From Myxococcales bacterium (GTDB lineage Bacteria > Myxococcota_A > Polyangia > Fen-1088), in the NCBI GenBank assembly GCA_003158735.1, contig PMLB01000182.1, positions 30,479 through 85,032 of the forward strand: 54,554 nt of DNA. Direction: 5' to 3'. Position numbers and translations under genes: made by a program. Under the pieces are notes generated by a model. The model saw only the letters and a list, made by a program, of their open reading frames with translations, did no database searches and was not told where the DNA came from. This document shows, piece by piece, positions 46,558 through 54,554 of the stretch (position 1 is the stretch's first letter; each line of letters starts with the position of its first letter).

Positions 46558-47445
46558 TCACTTGTTCAGCAGGTTGACCAGCGAGAAATTGAGCGTCTGC
46601 GAGGCAGCCGTCAGCGTGGCATTGAGGGCATACTGGGCCAGGCTGAGCTTCGTGGAGGCGTCCATGACATCCGCATCTCCGAGCTCGCCGATGACCTTCT
46701 TCTCGTCGGTGATCTGCGCAGCGCAGGTGTTGACAGTTGCGGTGAAGATGTTGACCGATGTTCCCGCTTGCGATTGCGCCGCGGACACCTGATTGCTTCC
46801 CGCCTGCAGGGAGGTAATGCTGGCACGAATGGCGTCGGAGTCATTGTTGCGCAGGGAGGTCGACAGATCCGTGAGCGTCTGTAGAATGTCGACACCGCCT
46901 CCCACGCCCTTGGCCGTGACATCCGCGCGAATCGAAGCGTCCTCGTACACGCCCGGCGCGACCTCGACCTGACGCACGCCCGTGTCCCCTTGGTAGGTCC
47001 CGTCGTCGGCAAAAGGCGCCTGGTTGTCGCGGTATCCACCGAAGATGTAGCGATCGCCAAAACGGGTATTGAGACTACCCAACGCCTGCTTGTAGAGACC
47101 GTCGACTTCATTTGCAGCCGTGGCCCGGTCGTCCGCGGTGTAGGTGTCGTTGCCGAATTGCGTGGCCAGCACCTGCGCGCGGGCGAGCACGGTGCTCACG
47201 CTGCCCAGCGCCGAGTCGGCGGCGTTGAGCTCGTCGGCGGCACTCTGTGCCCCGTTCTGAATGGCGGTGGTTTGCGCTTGGTCGAACTTGTGCCGGACCA
47301 GCAGGCCAGCCGCTTGCGGGTCATCGCCAGGCGCCTGCACGCGCAGACCGCTTGATATCTCGCCCTGGGCTTTGCCGACCCTGGACAGGGCAGCGTTGGC
47401 CCGGTCAATGGTCTGCTGGTAAATCATTGCTTCGGTGACGCGCAC
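46558..47445 (-). CDS. flgL: Hook-filament junction protein FlgL (HAP3)
   Basis: MRVTEAMIYQQTIDRANAALSRVGKAQGEISSGLRVQAPGDDPQAAG, with a flagellin-like C-terminus. It lies downstream of flgK. Confidence 0.88.
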   Translation of the reverse strand: MRVTEAMIYQQTIDRANAALSRVGKAQGEISSGLRVQAPGDDPQAAGLLVRHKFDQAQTTAIQNGAQSAADELNAADSALGSVSTVLARAQVLATQFGNDTYTADDRATAANEVDGLYKQALGSLNTRFGDRYIFGGYRDNQAPFADDGTYQGDTGVRQVEVAPGVYEDASIRADVTAKGVGGGVDILQTLTDLSTSLRNNDSDAIRASITSLQAGSNQVSAAQSQAGTSVNIFTATVNTCAAQITDEKKVIGELGDADVMDASTKLSLAQYALNATLTAASQTLNFSLVNLLNK

Positions 47446-47454
47446 GGGCTTCTC

Positions 47455-48864
47455 CTATGATTTCAGCTGAATCAGGGTCTCGAGCATATCCGCGGCGGTG
47501 GTAATGACTTTGGCCAGGGCTTCGTAGGCGTGCTGCGCCTGCAGGAGGCCCACCATTTCGTCGTCGAGAGACACGCCGGAAACGGAGGCGCGCGTGTCCT
47601 GCAGATTTTGCAGCATGCTCTTGTTGAAGGTAGCGGCGTTCTGCGAATCAGCGGCTGCCGTCCCGAAATCGGAAACGATCTTGGCCAGCCCCTTCTGCAC
47701 ATCCAGCCCGTTCGAAAGCGGCGCGCTCTGGGTGGCAACCATGGCCGCAAGGTTGGTCGCATCCCCCGGACCCGAAATGGCCGCGCCGGCCGCGGCAAGC
47801 AGCGAAGGGTCGCTGGCCAGGGCCGAGTCCAGCGTGATGGTGTTGGCGGTGTTGGCCGGAGTGGCGCCAAGGGTGAACACGTTGCCTCCCCGGTTTCCGT
47901 TGAGGTCATAGCCCGCCTGGTTCTGCCCATTGATGGTCGTGGCAAAGCTGAAGGCCAAGTTGTCGAGATCTGTGCTGGCCGTCCCCAGAGCGCCGTCCCG
48001 CGCCGAAAGAAGGCCGCCGATCTGACCGCCCAGCTCGGACTGCTTGAGCACAACCGGAGCAGAACCGTCTGCCGGCGTGAACACCAGGTCGGTGTGGCCT
48101 TTGTTGGTAGCATTGCCTTGTACGGTCAGGGTTGCAGCCACTGACGAGCTGACCAAGGTGGTGCCGCCGGGAAGGACTAGGCTGATGTTGCCGTAGGCAT
48201 CAGGCACCTGGGTGGCCCCGATGAGCTGCGCCGCTTGATCCATGAGGTTGTGCCGCTGGTCCAACAAGTCGTTGGGCTGGCCACCCGAGGCTTCAATCAC
48301 CGAAATGCGCCGATTGAGCTGCGCCACTTGCGCCAGAGTGGAATTCACTTGCTGAACGGTGCTGGTGACGCTGGCATCGATTCCACTGCGCGCCTGCTCC
48401 ACCGCGACTGAAGTACGATTGAAGCTTGAGACGAGCCAGGACGCGGATTGCACGGCGGACTGCCGCAGGCTGGTGTCACCCGGGTTTTGCGCCAGCGCGG
48501 TCAGCGATGAGTAGAAGGCGCTCATGGCGTCGCTCAGATTGCCGTCGACGCCGTTGTTGAATGTGGACACCGAAGCCAAAGCATCTGACTCGGCTGTGGA
48601 GCTGGATGAATGAGAGAAGCCCGTGGGAAGCTGCGATTCGACGAACTGATCGCGAGTCTGCGTGACGTTCAGCAGGAAGACCCCACCGCCGATGTAGCCG
48701 CGGTTGCCGCCCAATGCGCTGGAGGTGGCCTCGGCCAGGTTGGCCTGTTGTTGGGCGTAGCCCGGGGTGTTCGCGTTGGCAATGTTGTTGCTGGTGGTGG
48801 CCGCCTTGGCCTGGATGGCTGAAAGGCCGTTGGCTGTGTTGTTGAGAAGGCTGATGAGATCCAT
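47455..48864 (-). CDS. flgK: Hook-filament junction protein FlgK (HAP1)
   Basis: N-terminus: LISLLNNTANGLSAIQAKAATTSNNIANANTPGYAQQ. C-terminus: VSLDDEMVGLLQAQHAYEALAKVITTAADMLETLIQL. Confidence 0.9.
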   Translation of the reverse strand: MDLISLLNNTANGLSAIQAKAATTSNNIANANTPGYAQQQANLAEATSSALGGNRGYIGGGVFLLNVTQTRDQFVESQLPTGFSHSSSSTAESDALASVSTFNNGVDGNLSDAMSAFYSSLTALAQNPGDTSLRQSAVQSASWLVSSFNRTSVAVEQARSGIDASVTSTVQQVNSTLAQVAQLNRRISVIEASGGQPNDLLDQRHNLMDQAAQLIGATQVPDAYGNISLVLPGGTTLVSSSVAATLTVQGNATNKGHTDLVFTPADGSAPVVLKQSELGGQIGGLLSARDGALGTASTDLDNLAFSFATTINGQNQAGYDLNGNRGGNVFTLGATPANTANTITLDSALASDPSLLAAAGAAISGPGDATNLAAMVATQSAPLSNGLDVQKGLAKIVSDFGTAAADSQNAATFNKSMLQNLQDTRASVSGVSLDDEMVGLLQAQHAYEALAKVITTAADMLETLIQLKS

Positions 48865-48867
48865 GAG

Positions 48868-49344
48868 TTAGGCCACTCGGCAGGCGGTCGAGATGTCATC
48901 CATTGGCCGACACGCGCCTCGTCGATCGTAGGCCACGGTTTGGGGAGCCAGTGCCGCCAAGTAACCACGCACACGAGAGAGGGCGCGTCCGCCCAACTTC
49001 AGGTTGACGGCGTCGATCTCGCGCAAGGCGCTGGCCAAGACACGCACATCCGCCATGCAAGCATCCAGGCGCTGCGACGCCTCGGGCGCCGCTTTGCGCA
49101 GGTCAACCAACGAAACCGCCGTGAGACCGAGTGCGTGGCCGGCTGCCTCCATGGTCTCGCTCAAGACGCGCTCAAGTTGCGCCAGTTGCGCGTTGAAAGC
49201 GCTGCGCTGGCGAGCGCGTTCGAACAACCCCTGGGTGTCGAGCGCGCGGATCAACAGCCGCTGGCCCCGCGCCTGCGCCAACTCGGCCTCCAGCATCGCT
49301 CGCAGGTGGTCGAGAATCTGTGCGGCACGGTCCAGCTCGTCCAT
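48868..49344 (-). CDS. flgN: FlgN-like export chaperone for FlgK/FlgL
   Basis: 158-aa helical protein (LDHLRAMLEAELAQARGQRLLIRALDTQGLFERARQRSAFNAQLAQLE) positioned between flgM and flgK. Confidence 0.65.
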   Translation of the reverse strand: MDELDRAAQILDHLRAMLEAELAQARGQRLLIRALDTQGLFERARQRSAFNAQLAQLERVLSETMEAAGHALGLTAVSLVDLRKAAPEASQRLDACMADVRVLASALREIDAVNLKLGGRALSRVRGYLAALAPQTVAYDRRGACRPMDDISTACRVA

Positions 49345-49347
49345 CGT

Positions 49348-49647
49348 CTAGCCTCCCAGCATGGCCTGCAGGCGGGCATCGATCTCGGCCGCAGACACCA
49401 GCCGGTCGGCCAGCTCGCTCGCGCTGGGCGCGTAGCTGCCGGTACGGATGGCGCCCTCGATCTGTGCCAGGCGCGCGGAATGCGACACGCCTATGTCGGA
49501 TTGCACAGCTCGCGCCAAAGCTGCCGCCTGCTCGGCATTCGCGGTGCTCACACGATCTGCCTGACGCCGTGGAGCCGTCGCTTCGGTTTGTGGTTTGCTT
49601 GCCGCGGGTTCAACCCCGCCTACTGATGTTGTGTTCTTGATCATCAT
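49348..49647 (-). CDS. flgM: Anti-sigma-28 factor FlgM
   Basis: 99 aa with a C-terminal FlgM-like segment (RLAQIEGAIRTGSYAPSASELADRLVS). Confidence 0.75.
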   Translation of the reverse strand: MMIKNTTSVGGVEPAASKPQTEATAPRRQADRVSTANAEQAAALARAVQSDIGVSHSARLAQIEGAIRTGSYAPSASELADRLVSAAEIDARLQAMLGG

Positions 49648-49979
49648 GGCCGATCCCCTTCGCCCATGGGGCTCTTACTGATAGGGGGATCGACACGCTT
49701 TTGAGAAGTAATAAGGGCAGGCTCTGCAGAAAGTTCGCCGTTGGCCTGGGCCAGGTCATCGCTCCCAGCCGGGAGCGAGTTTTCGATGAGACGCGCCAGG
49801 CCAATACCGCCGCCTTTTTCGACTGCGTCAGCCAGCGCTTCCACGAACATCTGGGAGTGAATTTGACTGCCGGCCGCCCCGCCGCTGCCCTTGAAGACCC
49901 CGCTGGCGTCGATGAGCTGGCGCAGTAGACAGGCTTCGATCGCCTGCGCGGCCTGAGTCGCGTCATGGATAGGACCCAT
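49644..49979 (-). CDS. flgJ: Rod-binding protein (FlgJ N-terminal domain only, no muramidase domain)
   Basis: AAQAIEACLLRQLIDASGVFKG...SQMFVEALADAVEKGGGIGLARLIE has the Rod_binding pattern. It is only ~111 aa. Confidence 0.75.
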   Translation of the reverse strand: MGPIHDATQAAQAIEACLLRQLIDASGVFKGSGGAAGSQIHSQMFVEALADAVEKGGGIGLARLIENSLPAGSDDLAQANGELSAEPALITSQKRVDPPISKSPMGEGDRP

Positions 49980-51079
49980 CACATCACCTCCAGGTCGGCG
50001 TCGATGGCGCCGGCTGCTTTCATGGCTTGCAGGACAGCTACCAGGTCACGTGCCGACACGCCGAGCAGGTTGAATGCCTTGACCAGCTCCTCGACCGTGC
50101 TGGTAGCAGGCAGCGCCACGGCTGGCTTGAGCCCTTCCTGAGCGTCCAGGGTCGCGACTTGCCCAGACACCGTCTTGCCTTGCTTGGAAAACGGACCGGG
50201 CTGGGAAGCCCAGGGCGTCTGTCGCACCGAAATGGAGAGACCGCCATGGGCCACTGCCACCGGCCGGATGCGCACGCCTTGTCCGGCCACCACGGTGCCG
50301 GTCCGCTCGCTGACCACGATGCGCGCCCGCTGATCAGGATCGACCTCCAAGGCTTCCAGCTGTGACAGCATGGCAACCACGCGACCCTTCCAAGACGCGG
50401 GAACCTTGATCTGTACCAGCGCTGGGTCGTTGGCCTTGGCGGCCTCTTCTCCGAGGGACTTGTTCACCGCTTCGGCGATGCGCAGGGCTGTGGTGAAGTC
50501 CGGCCTGCGCAGCCCGAGCACGATGGGCACTTTTTCCAAGTCAGGCGAAACCGTGCGTTCCACGGTCGCGCCCCCGGGCACCGTGCCCGAGGTCGGGTGG
50601 TTCTTCTGCAGACGCGAGCCTGCGGCCATTACGTCGAAGCCTCCCGCCTGTACCGGCCCCTGCGCCACCGCGTACACCATTCCATCCGACCCAGTGAGCG
50701 GCGTGATGAGCAAAACGCCGCCAGACAAGGATCGCGCGTCGCCCATCGAGCTGACCGACACATCGATTCTGGTACCAGGACGGGAGAACGACGGCAACTC
50801 CGCGGTGACCATGACGGCGCCCGTGTTGCGCACGCGCACGTCGGTGGGATTCACCCGGATGCCCATGCGTCCCAACATGCCGCTGATGGATTGCGCGGTG
50901 AAAGTGACCTGCGTGGTGTCGCCCGTGTTTGCCAGCCCCACCACCAAGCCGTAACCAAAGAGCGCGTTTTCACGCACGCCTTGCACATCCACCAGATCCT
51001 TGATGCGCACCGGGGCGCCGGCCGCGGACAGCGCGGGCAGCGTGAACAAGAGCGTGAGGAGAAGAGTTCGTGTACGCAT
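49979..51079 (-). CDS. flgI: Flagellar P-ring protein FlgI
   Basis: I chose the ATG at 51079, giving the signal peptide MRTRTLLLTLLFTLPALSAAGA. Then RIKDLVDVQGVRENALFGYGLVVGLANTGD...ELVKAFNLLGVSARDLVAVLQAMKAAGAIDADLEV. Confidence 0.93.
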   Translation of the reverse strand: MRTRTLLLTLLFTLPALSAAGAPVRIKDLVDVQGVRENALFGYGLVVGLANTGDTTQVTFTAQSISGMLGRMGIRVNPTDVRVRNTGAVMVTAELPSFSRPGTRIDVSVSSMGDARSLSGGVLLITPLTGSDGMVYAVAQGPVQAGGFDVMAAGSRLQKNHPTSGTVPGGATVERTVSPDLEKVPIVLGLRRPDFTTALRIAEAVNKSLGEEAAKANDPALVQIKVPASWKGRVVAMLSQLEALEVDPDQRARIVVSERTGTVVAGQGVRIRPVAVAHGGLSISVRQTPWASQPGPFSKQGKTVSGQVATLDAQEGLKPAVALPATSTVEELVKAFNLLGVSARDLVAVLQAMKAAGAIDADLEVM

Positions 51080-51084
51080 GATGA

Positions 51085-51795
51085 TTAGAAAGGCCACAAC
51101 CAACCGAGGGCGCGCGAGATCCAGCCTGGTTTCTGGTTATCGGAAAGCACGCCACGACCGACGAATTCGATCTGCGCCTCGGCGACCATGTAGCTCTGCA
51201 CACTGTTGTCCTGGTCGATGTCGATGGGTCGCACCACGCCCGAGATGTAGAAGTGGTGTTCCTCTTCATTGACCAGGATGACCCGATGGCCCTCGACGAA
51301 GAGGTTGCCGTTGGAGAAGACTTTGGTGACCACTGCAGTCACCGTGGCGGTGAGGGACTCGGAACGCGCGGTATCACCCGAGGTCTGCAAGCTGGACGTC
51401 GAACTACCGCCGATGTTCAGATTGGGATCGAGACTCGGTATGTGCTTGAGCAGTCCCAGGAAGGCATCGATCTTGGCTGCGCTGCTGCTGCTGCGGCTGG
51501 TGTTGGTGTCGGTGGAGTGCTGGGCATTGGCTTGTTCGGTGATCTTCACGACCACCAGGTCGTTGACCCGCAAAGCCCGCGCGTCGGTGAAGAGCAACGA
51601 GGCCGACCGGCCTTCATGCCACAGACTGCCGGGGGAGGCCGCTGTCTCATCGCCCTTGCTTTCCACGGGAAGCTTGTACTCGCGTCGCTTGGGCGTGTAC
51701 TCGCTGATATGGGCCTGGGTGCAGGCCAGCGCCAAAGGCGCGAGGACCAGGGCGCACAGGATCGCGCTGGTCGTATGAACCGATGACTTTGTCAT
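51085..51795 (-). CDS. flgH: Flagellar L-ring lipoprotein FlgH
   Basis: I chose the ATG at 51795. Lipobox LALAC. Then SLWHEGRSASLLFTDARALRVNDLVVVKI...NGNLFVEGHRVILVNEEEHHFYISGVVRPIDI. The listed extension to 52182 overlaps flgA. Confidence 0.92.
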   Translation of the reverse strand: MTKSSVHTTSAILCALVLAPLALACTQAHISEYTPKRREYKLPVESKGDETAASPGSLWHEGRSASLLFTDARALRVNDLVVVKITEQANAQHSTDTNTSRSSSSAAKIDAFLGLLKHIPSLDPNLNIGGSSTSSLQTSGDTARSESLTATVTAVVTKVFSNGNLFVEGHRVILVNEEEHHFYISGVVRPIDIDQDNSVQSYMVAEAQIEFVGRGVLSDNQKPGWISRALGWLWPF

Positions 51796-52427
51796 GGCAC
51801 ATCCACCAGCAGCCGTCCCTCTTCCAGGTGGCCCTCCACGTGGCGGCCCGAGGGCAGCACAGCACAGATTCGGCCCGAGCCGCAGGAAATGGCCCGCCCT
51901 TGCACCTCGATGGCCAGAGGCCCGCTCATGACGATGACCTTCACTGATTCCCCAGATGCCAGCGCGGCGCCGGCGACATGCGATGCCTGCAGCACGGTTC
52001 CGCGGGGCAGATCCCGCGCGGCCAGCGCGCCAGCCGGCGGCACGAAGGCAGCATGACCGCTCTTGATCTCGCGATCCTCGACGGCCAGCGCTGGTTGCAA
52101 TCGCTCGCCCGCGCGCACCGGCCGCGTGGTGAAAGCCGCGGGCGCCCACACCTCGAAACGAACCCAACCCCAACCCGTGCAAGCTTGCCCGTACAGCTTC
52201 ACCGGCAGGCGGCCCGATCCGGTGACCGTGCCGTCCAGCACCGCCTGGCGCAGGACGCAGCCTGCGGGCAGTTGCGGCGCCCAGCCCAGCGGCACGATGC
52301 GTGCCCCTGGGACAGCGAGTGCTCGAGAAAGAACCTCGCTCACCTCGGGGGGGAGGTTGGCGGCGCCGGTCGGATGGGACGCGGCAGCCGTCGCAAGGAG
52401 GAGAGCGAGGGGGAAATGGGGGGTCAT
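51792..52427 (-). CDS. flgA: P-ring assembly chaperone FlgA
   Basis: Signal peptide, then a SAF/FlgA-like C-terminal region (RDLPRGTVLQASHV...GESVKVIVMSGPLAIEVQGRAISCGSGRICAV). The stop overlaps the flgH start (ATGA). Confidence 0.8.
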   Translation of the reverse strand: MTPHFPLALLLATAAASHPTGAANLPPEVSEVLSRALAVPGARIVPLGWAPQLPAGCVLRQAVLDGTVTGSGRLPVKLYGQACTGWGWVRFEVWAPAAFTTRPVRAGERLQPALAVEDREIKSGHAAFVPPAGALAARDLPRGTVLQASHVAGAALASGESVKVIVMSGPLAIEVQGRAISCGSGRICAVLPSGRHVEGHLEEGRLLVDVP

Positions 52428-52434
52428 GACGTCT

Positions 52435-53220
52435 CTAGCGAAGGGCGGTCAGTTTCTGCAGCATCTCATCGGCTGACTCGATGATCTTGGAATTGAGCTC
52501 GTAGTTGCGCTGGGTGGTGATCATGTTGATCATTTCCTCGACCGCGGACACGTTCGAGCCTTCCAGGTTGCCTTGCGAGATACTGCCGGTTCCCTGGTCC
52601 CCGGCCTTGACCACGATGGGATCGCCACTGGAAGGAGTGGCGAGAAGCAAGTTGTTGCCGATGGCTTCCATTCCACCCGGATTGGCAAAGGTGGCAATCT
52701 GGATGGTGCCGATATTGGTCATGTCGGTACGATTGGAAAGTCTGGCCTGCACGATGCCGTCCGAGGTCACGGTGACGTTGGTCGCGTCCGTGGGAATGCT
52801 GATGCCTGGTTCCAGCACTTCGCCCAACTGGGTGACAATGCGTCCGGTGGCATCCAGCCGGAAACTGCCATCGCGGGTGTAGGCGATGTCGCCGTTGGCG
52901 CGTTGGATGCGGAAGAAGCCACCGCCCTCGATGGCCAAATCGAGCGGGTTCTTGGTCGAGATCATGTCGCCCTGGGCGAAGGAGCGCGATGTAGAGGCCG
53001 TGCGCACGCCCAAACCCACCTGCAGCGCCGTGGGCTGGCTGCCCCCTTGCGCATTGGGCTGCGTGGCTGCGCGAATGGTTTCTGACAAGAGATCCTGAAA
53101 ATCGGCGCGCGTCTTCTTGAAGCCGGTGGTGCTCGCGTTGGCCAGGTTGTTGGCGATGACATCCAACTTGGTCTGCTGGGCATCCATTCCGGTGGCGGCG
53201 GTGTAAAGCGATCGCAGCAT
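52435..53220 (-). CDS. flgG: Distal rod protein FlgG
   Basis: N-terminus: MLRSLYTAATGMDAQQTKLDVIANNLANASTTGFKK. C-terminus: LEGSNVSAVEEMINMITTQRNYELNSKIIESADEMLQKL. Confidence 0.93.
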   Translation of the reverse strand: MLRSLYTAATGMDAQQTKLDVIANNLANASTTGFKKTRADFQDLLSETIRAATQPNAQGGSQPTALQVGLGVRTASTSRSFAQGDMISTKNPLDLAIEGGGFFRIQRANGDIAYTRDGSFRLDATGRIVTQLGEVLEPGISIPTDATNVTVTSDGIVQARLSNRTDMTNIGTIQIATFANPGGMEAIGNNLLLATPSSGDPIVVKAGDQGTGSISQGNLEGSNVSAVEEMINMITTQRNYELNSKIIESADEMLQKLTALR

Positions 53221-53243
53221 GAATTCCCCCTAGTGGATCTCCT

Positions 53244-53954
53244 TCATTTGACCAACCCCACTTGGGTGGCGCGGTCGTCCAGCTTTCGATAGGTCTGGAT
53301 GGCCTGCATGGCCATGTCGAACTGGCGTTGCGCATTGATCATCTGAACTGTGGAATCGAGCGCACTCACGTTGCCCATCTCCAGCTCACCCACCCGCACG
53401 GTGCTGTCCGCCGTCGGGCTCATGCTGGAGCCAGCCGAAGGCTGAAGCAAGCTGGGCGCGATCTTGTCCATGGGCCCCTGGGCCTGGAAAAGCGCCAACG
53501 TGTCCACCAGCGTGTTGCGGCCCACGACTACGTTGCCGTTGCTCTCGATGCGCGGGTCAGCGCCGACCGGCACGGTCACCGGCTCACCTGAAGTGCCCAG
53601 CACGGGCAAGCCCGAGGCGAGCAACTCGCCGTTGGGGCCGCGCTCGAGGTGTCCGTTGCGCGTGTAGGCCATCTGGCCGGTCGACAGCCGCACACCCAGA
53701 TAGGCATCGCCCTCGGGCAAGACGTCGAGCGGGTTGTCCGTGGTGTTGGTAGGACCTGGTCGCATATCCACGCCGGTGGACACCACTCCAGCCAGGACCT
53801 TGTCGCTAGGTCCGGGCGGCAAGAAGGCGCGAAAGGCCGGGCGCGTGGCCTTGAAGCCCGGCGTCTCGGCATTGGCCAGGTTGTCGGCAATGGAATCGAG
53901 CTGGGCAGCGCGCGCCACCGCAGCAGACATTCCTACATATAGTCCATCGGACAC
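53244..53954 (-). CDS. flgF: Proximal rod protein FlgF
   Basis: GTG start preceded by AGAGG. N-terminus: SDGLYVGMSAAVARAAQLDSIADNLANAETPGFKA. C-terminus: LEMGNVSALDSTVQMINAQRQFDMAMQAIQTYRKLDD. Confidence 0.88.
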   Translation of the reverse strand: MSDGLYVGMSAAVARAAQLDSIADNLANAETPGFKATRPAFRAFLPPGPSDKVLAGVVSTGVDMRPGPTNTTDNPLDVLPEGDAYLGVRLSTGQMAYTRNGHLERGPNGELLASGLPVLGTSGEPVTVPVGADPRIESNGNVVVGRNTLVDTLALFQAQGPMDKIAPSLLQPSAGSSMSPTADSTVRVGELEMGNVSALDSTVQMINAQRQFDMAMQAIQTYRKLDDRATQVGLVK

Positions 53955-53980
53955 TTTGCGTACCTCTTGCCTGGTGACGA

Positions 53981-53996
53981 AGCAAGCGCGATGCCA
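53981..53996 (-). promoter_or_regulatory. Sigma54 (RpoN) -24/-12 promoter for the flgF operon
   Basis: The minus strand reads TGGCATCGCGCTTGCT. This matches TGGCAC-N5-TTGCW with exact GG-N10-GC spacing. It lies ~27 nt upstream of the flgF GTG. Confidence 0.55.
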
Positions 53997-54034
53997 GGCG
54001 CTTTTGTGGCGCGATCCGAATTTTCCACCGCTCA

Positions 54035-54050
54035 GGGTTCAGTTCTTGCT
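54035..54050 (+). promoter_or_regulatory. Weaker sigma54-like element facing the fliJ-like gene
   Basis: GGGTTCAGTTCTTGCT has correct GG-N10-GC spacing and a perfect -12 TTGCT, but a poor -24 region. It lies 23 nt upstream of the GTG at 54073. Confidence 0.25.
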
Positions 54051-54072
54051 GGTTCGTTCCGATAGAGGAAAT

Positions 54073-54489
54073 GTGAGCCCCAAAACCCGTCTCGACGCCG
54101 CCGTTAGGGTGCGAGAAGTTGCCGAGGATCGTGCGCGCATGACCCTGGCCGAGGCTCAGCGCCTGGCCCAGCGGACCGCGGATGCGGTACGCGAAGCAGC
54201 CCAGCGCGCGCTCACCGACGAGCGCTGCAGCGGCAGCGCGGCCGACTGGACCATCATTGAGTTCGCACACATCCGGGCGCTACAGGACACGCGGCGAGCG
54301 GAAGTTGAAAGGTGTGCTGCCGAGGAGAAACTGGGGGTTTCGCGTGAGCGTTTTCTGGGCGCGCGCACCCGTGCCGAAGCCCTGCGCCGGGTGCTGGAAG
54401 TGCGTCGCAGCGAGATGCGCGTGGCCGAGAGGCTGATGGAGCACAAGGAGATGGACGAGGTCGCGAGTCTGCTGCGGGTCCGCAGGTAG
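54073..54489 (+). CDS. fliJ: FliJ-like coiled-coil flagellar export protein
   Basis: I chose the GTG at 54073 with AGAGGA upstream. The listed ORF from 53734 overlaps flgF antisense. It is 138 aa and all-helical. The C-terminal pattern RAEALRRVLEVRRSEMRVAERLMEHKEMDEVA resembles the FliJ family end (..E..KEqDE.a). Confidence 0.5.
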   Translation: MSPKTRLDAAVRVREVAEDRARMTLAEAQRLAQRTADAVREAAQRALTDERCSGSAADWTIIEFAHIRALQDTRRAEVERCAAEEKLGVSRERFLGARTRAEALRRVLEVRRSEMRVAERLMEHKEMDEVASLLRVRR

Positions 54490-54554
54490 CACCGACCATC
54501 AGACCTTCGATTCACCGACGGCCGACGATTCGACCCGCTGACTGTGCCGTCGCT

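Overview
Visibly GC-rich chromosomal segment from a Gram-negative, flagellated bacterium (L-ring and P-ring genes and TonB-dependent receptors are present). No rRNA, tRNA, CRISPR array, transposase, integrase or recognisable defence gene was seen. Layout: (i) the left flagellar block on the + strand is fliK (5-prime truncated by the window edge)-flgD-flgE-flbD-motA-motB (1-5791). (ii) A ~26 kb signalling island (6.0-32.0 kb) holds six histidine kinases. Three of them form a tandem, translationally coupled array that shares an 801-nt catalytic module. The island also holds a single-domain receiver, a REC-HDOD regulator, a REC regulator with a degenerate HD-GYP domain, three paralogous TonB-dependent receptors (TBDRs), two intact periplasmic binding proteins and one decayed one. 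It has no ABC permease or ATPase and no DNA-binding output domain. (iii) A flagellum-linked chemosensory locus (32.4-42.6 kb) carries cheX-cheY on + and cheA-cheW-mcp-cheR-cheB-cheX-(REC-REC-STAS-like)-HDOD on -. (iv) The right flagellar block on the - strand is fliD, a small unknown gene, fliS, fliC, flgL-K-N-M-J-I-H-A-G-F, with a divergent fliJ-like gene at the right edge. Intergenic DNA carries a palindromic REP family (GGGCGACC-N4-GGTCGCCC, at least 8 copies) and a 278-bp nested-palindrome element. My best candidate for an undescribed system is the TBDR + orphan periplasmic-binding-protein + kinase/receiver module embedded in the flagellar/chemotaxis regulon. All functional calls come from reading motifs in the supplied translations. 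No database search was run.
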